A DNA stretch of 32,000 bases. It comes from Candidatus Saccharimonadota bacterium. Its GTDB lineage: Bacteria; Patescibacteriota; Saccharimonadia; Saccharimonadales; UBA4665. Below the pieces are notes generated by a model. That model was given only the letters and a program-made list of their open reading frames with translations. It was not told where the DNA came from and did not search any database. A program made the position numbers and the translations under genes. Below, one piece after another: positions 25,208 through 32,000 of the stretch (the stretch's first letter is position 1; every line of letters begins with the position of its first letter). The stretch is taken from the NCBI GenBank assembly GCA_002952755.1, contig CP025011.1, positions 1,230,001-1,262,000 of the forward strand, read 5' to 3'.

Positions 25208-25246
25208 GCTTTTTTCGTGCTAGATATAGCAAAAACCTGTGGATAA

Positions 25247-26101
25247 CTAGGTAGTTAAAATAAGATAGATGACGATAGCGGCGAATACCAGCATACCCAA
25301 AACACTGAGGCCCACCTCGAGTAAACTTTTATAGATTGATTCCTTGGATAATGGGTTACGTCCGATCGAAATGATGCTTGAACGTATAGAGGAATATAGC
25401 AGCACCGTAACCACTGTAAAAAGTAATAGCACGAGCAGAGCAGAGATAACGACCCGCATGGAAGATACTTCGTGGCCGGCAACTGTGCTTGCAAATTGCT
25501 GCAGCACGGGTGGTAAGAATGAATTCTGGCTTGGAGTTGCTTGGTAGAAAACCTTGTCGACCTGTACAGGAATCGCCCCAATGCGAACCGTTTTTTCCTT
25601 ACCATGTCTGTCAGTGACCGATCGGGAATCGGTATCCGCCGTGGAAAGATCTGCCTGAGCAGTACCAATAACCAGAGTACTCGCAGTCGCTTTCATGCCC
25701 ACGCCTGCAATTGGCGAAGCGGCAATCTTGTCGCCGTCTTTAATCGAACCATTAATGTCACTAACGAGTACGGTGACCGACCCATTTGTCACCACCTGTA
25801 CTGAACTTTTTCCAGTTGTGAGCTCTATTACTGATTTATTGCCCACGACTCCCAGCAAGCGCTCGGCATTATCCTCAGTTCCAAGCTCCAAAGTATTAGG
25901 AGTGCCTTGCTTAAGACTAACAAGCGCGCCGACAACGATTTTTGTGTCGGTGCTTTGAAAACCCTGAGAGATAGAAGAGGTCCCTTGGGCATGCACACCT
26001 GGTGTCATAAGTGTCAAAAGCAATATTACCGTGCCACTCCAGGTATACTTCATTCTCTGACCGATTGTCCGTCGCCTGACCAACATGTTGCAGAGCCCCA
26101 C
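25247..26101 (-). CDS. Hypothetical exported protein: signal peptide, beta-rich ectodomain, C-terminal two-helix membrane hairpin with an R-N-P loop
   Basis: Track ORF with a GTG start at 26101. In-frame ATGs at 26086 and 26053 (MKYTWSGTVILLLTLMTPGVHA-QG is a classic signal peptide). C-terminus VVISALLVLLLFTVVTVLLYSSI-RSSIISIGRNPLSKESIYKS-LLEVGLSVLGMLVFAAIVIYLIL. A candidate -10 TATAAT lies at 26121-26126 (minus). Confidence 0.75.
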   Translation of the reverse strand: MGLCNMLVRRRTIGQRMKYTWSGTVILLLTLMTPGVHAQGTSSISQGFQSTDTKIVVGALVSLKQGTPNTLELGTEDNAERLLGVVGNKSVIELTTGKSSVQVVTNGSVTVLVSDINGSIKDGDKIAASPIAGVGMKATASTLVIGTAQADLSTADTDSRSVTDRHGKEKTVRIGAIPVQVDKVFYQATPSQNSFLPPVLQQFASTVAGHEVSSMRVVISALLVLLLFTVVTVLLYSSIRSSIISIGRNPLSKESIYKSLLEVGLSVLGMLVFAAIVIYLILTT

Positions 26102-26208
26102 TAACTTAGCTTTAGATAAAATTATAACTCAGATTGCATAAACAGCGAAAACAGCACTCGAACGCCTCGTGCATAATCGGCTACTTTCGGGTATAGTTGG
26201 GTCTTGTA

Positions 26209-26871
26209 ATGCATGACGAAAGACCAACTCCAGAAGAATCGCATAAGATAGTTCCAGGCCCCAGCCTCGACAAGGTAAACAAGCCAGCTCATAAGCGCGA
26301 GAGCTTTCGGAGCGTCCTATCTACTATCGCCATACTGCTCATAGCGCCACTTATCGCAATCCTCTTAACGGCATTTGTGTTCCAGTCGTATCAGGTAGAC
26401 GGCCCCAGTATGCAGACGACACTGCACGACAAAGATCGTCTTATCGTCTGGAAACTGCCACGCACCTGGTCGCGCCTGACGGGCCACGACTACGTTCCCA
26501 AACGGGGTGATATCGTGGTATTTACCACACCCAACCTAGCAAACTTCGGTCAGGATCCTAATAAACAGCTTATTAAGCGTGTTATTGGGCTACCTGGCGA
26601 TAAAATCGTCGTCCAGAATAATATCCTAACCGTTTACAATGCTGCGCACCCTAATGGCTTTCGTCCGGATGCCACCTTATCCTACGGCCATGTTATTCAG
26701 GGGACTAATATTGATGGTGAATGGACAGTCGCCAAAGGCCAGCTCTTTGTATGCGGAGACAACCGCTTCGACTCGCTCGACTCTCGCCTTTTTGGGCCTA
26801 TTCAGTCAAAGGATATTATCGGCAAATTAGTCGTCCGCATACTACCTGTCAGTCAGGCAATGCGATTTTAG
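26209..26871 (+). CDS. lepB: Signal peptidase I
   Basis: VDGPSMQTTL (catalytic Ser box), KRVIGLPGD (Lys box) and GDNRFDSLDSRLFGPI. ATG 26209 is preferred to the track TTG 26197. Confidence 0.93.
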   Translation: MHDERPTPEESHKIVPGPSLDKVNKPAHKRESFRSVLSTIAILLIAPLIAILLTAFVFQSYQVDGPSMQTTLHDKDRLIVWKLPRTWSRLTGHDYVPKRGDIVVFTTPNLANFGQDPNKQLIKRVIGLPGDKIVVQNNILTVYNAAHPNGFRPDATLSYGHVIQGTNIDGEWTVAKGQLFVCGDNRFDSLDSRLFGPIQSKDIIGKLVVRILPVSQAMRF

Positions 26872-26879
26872 AGGTACCG

Positions 26880-27746
26880 TCAGTGTAAGGTGTGTAGAAT
26901 CCGCTCTAGGTCTTCATCAGTCTTAAAAGCAATTTCAAGTTTCCCCCCCTTTGCCGTACGCCTAATAAACACTTGTGTTCCGCCAAGCCGCTTACTGAGT
27001 CGCTTAGTAGCCGGTGTCTCGGTACGCATACGTTCCTTAGTGGCTTGAGACTCTTTAAACCCTTCCTTCACTGAAGTAACGTACTGCTCAGCACGACGGA
27101 CCGGCCAGCTAAACTTCAGTATGTTGGCCAATAACTCCTGCTGCTTTTCAGGCATATCTCTCAGCGATAAAATCGCGCGGGCGTGTCCTTCACTGATCTT
27201 CTGGTCTCGCAAAGCGATCATTGCCGTCTCGGGCAACTGCAGGAGTCGCACAATATTATTTACGGTGGAGCTGGCCTTGCCGAGCCGTTTGGCGATTGTC
27301 TCATATGTCATATTAAATTGCTGATGCAACCGCTCAATTGACACCGCTTGTTCAAGCGGCGACAAATCGACACGTTGTACGTTTTCAACAATTGCAATTT
27401 CAAGACGCTCGAGTTCCTTAGTCGTACGAACGATAACTGGAACTGTGTCTAATTTTGCAAGACCTGCAGCCCGCCAACGGCGTTCACCAGCGACAATAGA
27501 GTATCTGCCAGTCCCCTCAGGGGTAACTACGAGCGGCTGCACGATACCGTGCTGCCTAATGGAGTCGGCTAGGCTCTTCAGCGCCTCGGGCTCGAAGGTC
27601 GTACGCGGCTGATTTGGATTTGGTACGATATCGCCCAAGGCAATCTTTTGGATACGCTCGTGCTCCTCGAATAAGATAGCAGCATCAACACTTTTTGGAA
27701 TGAGCGCATCAAAGCCACGGCCTAAACCAGTTTTACCTATCGACAC
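26880..27746 (-). CDS. parB: Chromosome partitioning protein ParB/Spo0J
   Basis: GLGRGFDALI N-terminus, ParB box IVQPLVV...YSIVAGERRWRAA, and an HTH segment. GTG start with GGGAGG 9 nt upstream. Overlaps the parA stop by 14 nt. Confidence 0.93.
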   Translation of the reverse strand: MSIGKTGLGRGFDALIPKSVDAAILFEEHERIQKIALGDIVPNPNQPRTTFEPEALKSLADSIRQHGIVQPLVVTPEGTGRYSIVAGERRWRAAGLAKLDTVPVIVRTTKELERLEIAIVENVQRVDLSPLEQAVSIERLHQQFNMTYETIAKRLGKASSTVNNIVRLLQLPETAMIALRDQKISEGHARAILSLRDMPEKQQELLANILKFSWPVRRAEQYVTSVKEGFKESQATKERMRTETPATKRLSKRLGGTQVFIRRTAKGGKLEIAFKTDEDLERILHTLH

Positions 27747-28494
27747 GTTTTGTTACCTCCCGAGCCAGCTGTTTATACGCTCGTGCTCCTTTACTCCAAC
27801 GGTCATGTTCGAAAATCGTTTTGCCAAAGCTAGGAGCTTCAGCCAAGCGCACGTTGCGTGGAATGACTGTTTTAAATAACCTGTCACCAAAATGGCTCTT
27901 CAGCTCGGCAGCCACTTGCTCGGAAAGACTCGTTCGTTTGTCAAACATGGTCAGAAGTACTCCAAGTAAATTAAGATGGGGGTTGAGCACTTCTTTAACA
28001 CGCTGAACTGTTGCCAATAGCTGCCCAAGGCCCTCTAAGGCATAATATTCAGCCTGTACAGGAATGAGGATACTGTCTGCAGCCGTAAGTGCATTAATCG
28101 TCAATAAACCAAGAGCCGGCGGGCAGTCTATAATTACATAATCATACGTTGCTCTATCTAGGGCGCGTCGCAAAACAAATTCACGCTCGGCATGATGCAC
28201 CAGCTCCACTTCGGCCGCGGCCAGATTTGCATTAGCGGGCAAAATATATAAGCCCTCACGCTCAGCTTGTCGTACCGCCTGATCCAATGAAGCATCGCCG
28301 GACAAAACTTCGTAACTCGTAGGCTCCGCTTCCTTATCGAGCCCCAACCCGCTCGTAGCGTTCCCCTGTGGGTCAAGATCTACGAGCAGCACAGTAGCAT
28401 GTTCGGCCGCAAGCTGATATCCCAGATTTACGGCAGTGGTTGTTTTGCCAACCCCTCCTTTCTGATTAATAACTGCAATGACCGTTTGTTTCAT
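27733..28494 (-). CDS. parA: Chromosome partitioning ATPase ParA/Soj
   Basis: Deviant Walker A NQKGGVGKTTTAVNLG. Start set at Met25 of the track ORF (ATG 28494) because MKQTVIAVINQKGG is the family N-terminus, AGAGGG precedes it, and a promoter-like TGGTATACT lies at 28515-28523. Confidence 0.95.
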   Translation of the reverse strand: MKQTVIAVINQKGGVGKTTTAVNLGYQLAAEHATVLLVDLDPQGNATSGLGLDKEAEPTSYEVLSGDASLDQAVRQAEREGLYILPANANLAAAEVELVHHAEREFVLRRALDRATYDYVIIDCPPALGLLTINALTAADSILIPVQAEYYALEGLGQLLATVQRVKEVLNPHLNLLGVLLTMFDKRTSLSEQVAAELKSHFGDRLFKTVIPRNVRLAEAPSFGKTIFEHDRWSKGARAYKQLAREVTKRVDR

Positions 28495-28514
28495 CAGACC
28501 CTCTCTCTGAAGGA

Positions 28515-28523
28515 AGTATACCA
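28515..28523 (-). promoter_or_regulatory. Candidate extended -10 promoter for parAB
   Basis: Minus strand TGGTATACT (TGn + TATACT), 20 nt upstream of ATG 28494. No clear -35. Confidence 0.4.
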
Positions 28524-28640
28524 TTGGATAGGTGTCGTCACCACAATCGTAAGCCCCTTTTTGCATGGTAGTACTATACGGCTAGCCGCTATGCTCATAT
28601 CGACTTGCTGTCATTGAAAAAAATCGTTACATTGAAATGT

Positions 28641-29168
28641 ATGACAGATCACCCCAGCCCAGAACAACCCACGTCGCAAAACATTGCATCTAAAACTCGA
28701 TCAAGCAGACCAAGACGCTTGCTATATATAGGCTTGCTGATTGTGATCCTTTCGGCCGCCGGTATTGGCTACTTCTTTTGGAGACACCAAGGTAAAAATC
28801 CATTGCTCGCGGATTTACAGACTACCCCAAACTTTCCGCTATACTACCCCACCCTCCCTACGGAATTTACCTACAAAAAAGGGTCTGGTAGCCTTCGGAG
28901 TGGCGTCGTCTTTTTTGCTATAGAAAAAGGTGACGAAACGACTCTTATAAGTGAGCAGGCAGCTCCGACTACGAGTCCTCCCAAGCTAGACGACCTGAAA
29001 GGTTTTACCAAACTAGCCATACCTGCGGGAAATGCCGTGATTGGCGCAAACGCAAACCAACCCGTAGCCATTATTCTTAGTAACACGACGCTTATCACAA
29101 TCAACGGCCAAGCAAATACGCCCAGCGATGTAGTTAGTAGCATCGCTAAAAATATGAGCTCACTCTAA
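28641..29168 (+). CDS. Hypothetical single-pass membrane-anchored protein with an extracytoplasmic domain (DUF4367-like layout, tentative)
   Basis: Track ORF 28605..29168 (TTG). In-frame ATG at 28641. TM LLYIGLLIVILSAAGIGYFFW after a basic stretch. Ectodomain begins PLYYPTLPTEF. No SD for either start. Confidence 0.65.
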   Translation: MTDHPSPEQPTSQNIASKTRSSRPRRLLYIGLLIVILSAAGIGYFFWRHQGKNPLLADLQTTPNFPLYYPTLPTEFTYKKGSGSLRSGVVFFAIEKGDETTLISEQAAPTTSPPKLDDLKGFTKLAIPAGNAVIGANANQPVAIILSNTTLITINGQANTPSDVVSSIAKNMSSL

Positions 29169-29182
29169 GGTCGGCCTTCGCG

Positions 29183-32000
29183 CTACATACCTGTCACTGA
29201 GACACCATCAAGCGTAATCGTATTGCCTACCGATGCTGTGCCCCATACAGGGAAGATATATAAGTTTTGTGCAGTCGTGTTGATTGTAGTAGCAGTAGCT
29301 CCAGAGTTAATCCAATAATCGGCCGAACCTGTGCCATTTGTGTCGTAATGGAGTATGCCCTCGCCAACCACGGATGTACTCGAGTAGCAATTGATCTGAA
29401 ACTCCATATTCCATCCATTTGAAGAGGCCGATCCAGGATAAACCGCCGGCAATACGCCTACTACCTTATTCGCAGCGTTGGTCCTTGTACTACTTGTTCC
29501 TATATATATCCCTACCTGTAAGTTCTGGTTTGAGGGGGTTGTAAATGTGCCCCAAATAGACATTTTAACGACCTTGCCCGCCTGACAATAATTGGCCGGA
29601 ATCGCAATGTGGTCCTGCGTCGTTCCCTGTTGTGAAACGTTAAATGCTGCACATGCTGTTGAACAGTTTGAAATGGTCGAGGACGCCGTATTAGAAGCCA
29701 ATAGTCCCCCAAGACATCCTGCCCATGCTCCGGATTGACCACATCTGAAGCTGTTGGTGCTTGAATTATAGTACATTGCTCCGTCTACCTCACCCGGTTC
29801 AGTAGCGGTATTGTAGTTGTTAACGATAAATAATATTTGATTAGCGTTGGCCGTGGCCGAGCCAACCTGAAGCTTAAATGGGGTCGAGCTACTAGTATCG
29901 ACAGTCAAAAGGTTAACGGAGCTACTGCTCTGTATTTGGAATGCGGTTGCCGAAGTAGTATTGGCTTTAAACAAAGCCGTGCCGCTTGCCGTAATTTGCA
30001 GAACATTATTCGCTCCACTGTTCTTTTGCACATCCAACAAATCGCCTGTCTGCGTCGACGAGTTGCCTTGTATTTGTAAGGCTATATCGGCGTCGCGACC
30101 TGCAGCGACATATACCGATGTTCCGGTTGCGCCCGCCACGAAGTTCGGCGGCGTTGAGCTCTGGCGGTCACCGGTCAAGATTGTCGACCAATATGCGCCC
30201 ATCTGTAAATCATTCCCACCGCCCCCTTGCCAATATATATCCCCGCCGCTCGAACCGATACGGAAATTCCCGGAACCGCTCGTATTAGAGAATAGTAACT
30301 GCGATACGTGGGCCGCAGTCCCGGGGGTCGAATTATAGATCTCCAGCTGATTATTCACAAGTAATTGGGAAGTTATAATCCCGCTATCTGATGCTGTCGG
30401 CGCAACTCCACCGCTCGACCAACCTGCATATACGGCACCAACCTGCCCTGTGCTCGTTGCAGTGCCGCCCTGCAAATATATTGCCCCGCCTGCGTTAGCA
30501 CCTGTTCCGGTAGCATTGCCAGCCGTAAGAGTAATGTTACCTCCAGCACTACCGGCCGCTGCATTGCCGCCAGCACCGCCTTGCAATGTAATACCAGCAC
30601 CAGCACCGGTTCCAGAGGAAGTACCCCCCGTAATCTGCACTGTACCACCAGAGGTATTGCCCCCGCCAGCTGCGCCCCCAAGCAAGACCACTCCCCCTCC
30701 AGCACCACTTGCACCGCCGGTGCCCCCTAGTAGTTCCGCAATACCACCCGCCCCCGTCGTGTTGCCCGTAGCGCCCTGAAGCTCAAGTGTATCACCGGCG
30801 GTAGCCGCGGTTGTCTGAGTAGCACCAGTTATGATAATCGGACTTGTATTTGTAGCACCAAATGTAAAACCTGACGAAGTAATCGTATCGGTATTGTACG
30901 TGCCTGTTGCGGTGATATTACCCGTGGAACTTACGGCCAAGACAGTTGTGCCGCTTCCATTCAAGAGATCCAGAATATCGCCGGAGCCGCTTGCATTGGC
31001 TTGCAACACCCCCGCTACGCTGCCGCTGGTAGCAGCCTGTACATTAAAGTTAGCCTGCTGTGTGGATAATGCGTTGTTAATAGCGGTACTGCTCACAAAA
31101 GCTGTGAAGACAGCCGATATGGTGTTAGCCTCGCCCGAAGTGTTCTGGTTAGCAGTTGGTTGGTAAGCGGTACCGGCAGTTACATTCGTATTGTATGTAA
31201 CAACATTGGTCTGACCGGTAATCTTATAGGTGAATCCAGAGCTAGCACCAGCTGTAGCCGGTGTACGCTGCACCTGGGCATAGCCTTCAAATAATTCTCC
31301 AGAAATTTGGGGAGTTAGGCTGGAAAATGTCACTGTTGATGAACCCGAAGAGATGCGCGATCCGTTTGTGTCAACACCCCAAGATGTGCCTGCATTGACT
31401 CCGCTCGCCGTATACTCAGTGGCGACGATTTCATTATTATTGCCCAGACCAGATGATGACAGCGTAATAGTCCCTGCTCCCGTACTCGTAACTGTTCCCA
31501 TCCACATCTCCACCCGGTTGACCGTGCCGTCACCCGCCAGAAAGCCCACGCGCGTCCACGTTGTTACGCCACCGCCAGAAATGCTAGTTATTGCATTGCC
31601 ACTCGGTATCTGTGCTGCAACTACGATAAGATTTCCGACGGTTGTTGGACTATCACTCACAGTTGTAACTGTAGTGCCTGAGCCATGATTATCAGTTTCA
31701 TTTACTTCGGTGATGCTTGCATTTGAGTTGGAGCACGAACTGAAAATTAGTTGGGTTGCAGAGCTAGAGCTAGTTTCCAGACACAATCCTGTCGTTGGTG
31801 CGCTCGTCGGCAGTGTCAGTGTATAGCCCGAGGCAGTGCTGTTGGTACTCGCGTTAATTGTTATCGGATTACCGGCAGTCGTGGTGTTAAACAACAAACT
31901 ACCCGCCTGATTGGTATCGGTGCCCAGTACGGCCTGTTTGGAAATCGTATTTACACTAAACACATTATTCGTACCGTCATTAACCGCAAAGGTATTTGCT
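29183..32000 (-). CDS. Second giant fibre/adhesin-like surface protein, paralogous to 17810..25132; only the C-terminal ~938 aa or more lie in the window (5' end beyond the right edge)
   Basis: The frame is open from 31963 to the window end (ANTFAVNDGTNN precedes the track start, which is a GTG). Shares with the giant gene the AF-x-[VI]Q-x(8)-L-x-VDT repeats, the TLP...C...C element and the VDGAMYYNSS-x-N-x-FRC-x(3)-G-x-W-x-x-C collar (29714-29785). Confidence 0.88.
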   Translation of the reverse strand, partial: ANTFAVNDGTNNVFSVNTISKQAVLGTDTNQAGSLLFNTTTAGNPITINASTNSTASGYTLTLPTSAPTTGLCLETSSSSATQLIFSSCSNSNASITEVNETDNHGSGTTVTTVSDSPTTVGNLIVVAAQIPSGNAITSISGGGVTTWTRVGFLAGDGTVNRVEMWMGTVTSTGAGTITLSSSGLGNNNEIVATEYTASGVNAGTSWGVDTNGSRISSGSSTVTFSSLTPQISGELFEGYAQVQRTPATAGASSGFTYKITGQTNVVTYNTNVTAGTAYQPTANQNTSGEANTISAVFTAFVSSTAINNALSTQQANFNVQAATSGSVAGVLQANASGSGDILDLLNGSGTTVLAVSSTGNITATGTYNTDTITSSGFTFGATNTSPIIITGATQTTAATAGDTLELQGATGNTTGAGGIAELLGGTGGASGAGGGVVLLGGAAGGGNTSGGTVQITGGTSSGTGAGAGITLQGGAGGNAAAGSAGGNITLTAGNATGTGANAGGAIYLQGGTATSTGQVGAVYAGWSSGGVAPTASDSGIITSQLLVNNQLEIYNSTPGTAAHVSQLLFSNTSGSGNFRIGSSGGDIYWQGGGGNDLQMGAYWSTILTGDRQSSTPPNFVAGATGTSVYVAAGRDADIALQIQGNSSTQTGDLLDVQKNSGANNVLQITASGTALFKANTTSATAFQIQSSSSVNLLTVDTSSSTPFKLQVGSATANANQILFIVNNYNTATEPGEVDGAMYYNSSTNSFRCGQSGAWAGCLGGLLASNTASSTISNCSTACAAFNVSQQGTTQDHIAIPANYCQAGKVVKMSIWGTFTTPSNQNLQVGIYIGTSSTRTNAANKVVGVLPAVYPGSASSNGWNMEFQINCYSSTSVVGEGILHYDTNGTGSADYWINSGATATTINTTAQNLYIFPVWGTASVGNTITLDGVSVTGM
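30422..30790 (-). repeat. Glycine-rich tract of about six ~17-18-aa coils inside the second fibre gene
   Basis: AGGIAELLGGTGGASG / AGGGVVLLGGAAGGGNTS / GGTVQITGGTSSGTGAG / AGITLQGGAGGNAAAGS / AGGNITLTAGNATGTGAN / AGGAIYLQGGTATSTGQ. Each coil has the core G-G-x-[IV]-x-[LI]-x-G-G. Confidence 0.7.

Noticed and set aside
25133-25246. Intergenic region with a DnaA box considered as oriC
   Set aside because: It has only one perfect and one degenerate box, is 114 nt long, has no clear AT-rich unwinding element cluster and no dnaA/dnaN nearby. This is insufficient.
28495-28566. 24-aa N-terminal extension of ParA (track start 28566)
   Set aside because: The ParA family starts just before the Walker A box. 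ATG 28494 has an SD-like AGAGGG, and a promoter-like TGGTATACT (28515-28523) lies inside the putative extension.
26880-28604. Search for a parS site (TGTTNCACGTGAAACA) in and around parAB
   Set aside because: No 16-mer with more than about 9/16 matches was found by eye (e.g. near 3690, 7811, 10311). A computational scan of the full genome is needed before concluding anything.
30450-31688. Plus-strand Pro/Ala-rich ORFs (30450..30779, 30831..31166, 31353..31688) opposite the second fibre gene
   Set aside because: The same antisense artefact of a Gly/Thr/Ala-rich coding strand.
1-32000. Alternative genetic code (UGA recoding, as in some CPR lineages)
   Set aside because: All housekeeping genes give full-length, family-typical proteins with the standard code and end at conventional stops, including TGA (proS, parB).

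Overview
Gene-dense, standard-code bacterial chromosome segment with short intergenic gaps and several overlapping stop/start pairs.

- **1-1900:** a 5'-truncated hypothetical, regulator-like gene; a 103-nt near-perfect hairpin; a promoter-driven LVNTG (LPXTG-like) DUF11 surface protein; and a small Cys-rich peptide gene.
- **1896-11305, all minus strand:** a housekeeping block, rpsB-tsf-frr-uppS-rseP-CPBP protease-proS-greA-lysS, ending in a KTSC::Ham1-like fusion gene.
- **11450-14025, plus strand:** rpmE (type B, near-leaderless), prfA and prmC.
- **14018-26101, minus strand:** an envelope cluster. It encodes a signal-peptide protein with a C-terminal helical hairpin, a 2,440-aa N-terminally anchored Gly/Thr/Ser/Asn-rich modular fibre protein, an LCP (LytR-CpsA-Psr) enzyme, a polytopic membrane protein and an HtrA protease.
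- **26209-29168:** lepB, parB-parA and a small anchored protein.
- **29183-32000:** the C-terminal ~938 aa or more of a second, paralogous fibre protein that runs off the window.

No rRNA, tRNA, CRISPR array, transposase or integrase was recognised.

Several features suggest a reduced Gram-positive-type, possibly episymbiotic lineage such as CPR/Saccharibacteria. These are the Firmicute-like rpsB...proS synteny lacking pyrH, cdsA and dxr, the LPXTG-type sorting signal, the LCP enzyme and the giant surface proteins. This taxonomic call is inference and cannot be verified here.

The best candidate for something undescribed is the pair of giant cysteine-clasped fibre proteins. They share a collar motif, carry unrelated C-terminal tip domains, and one of them sits with LCP, HtrA and membrane partners.
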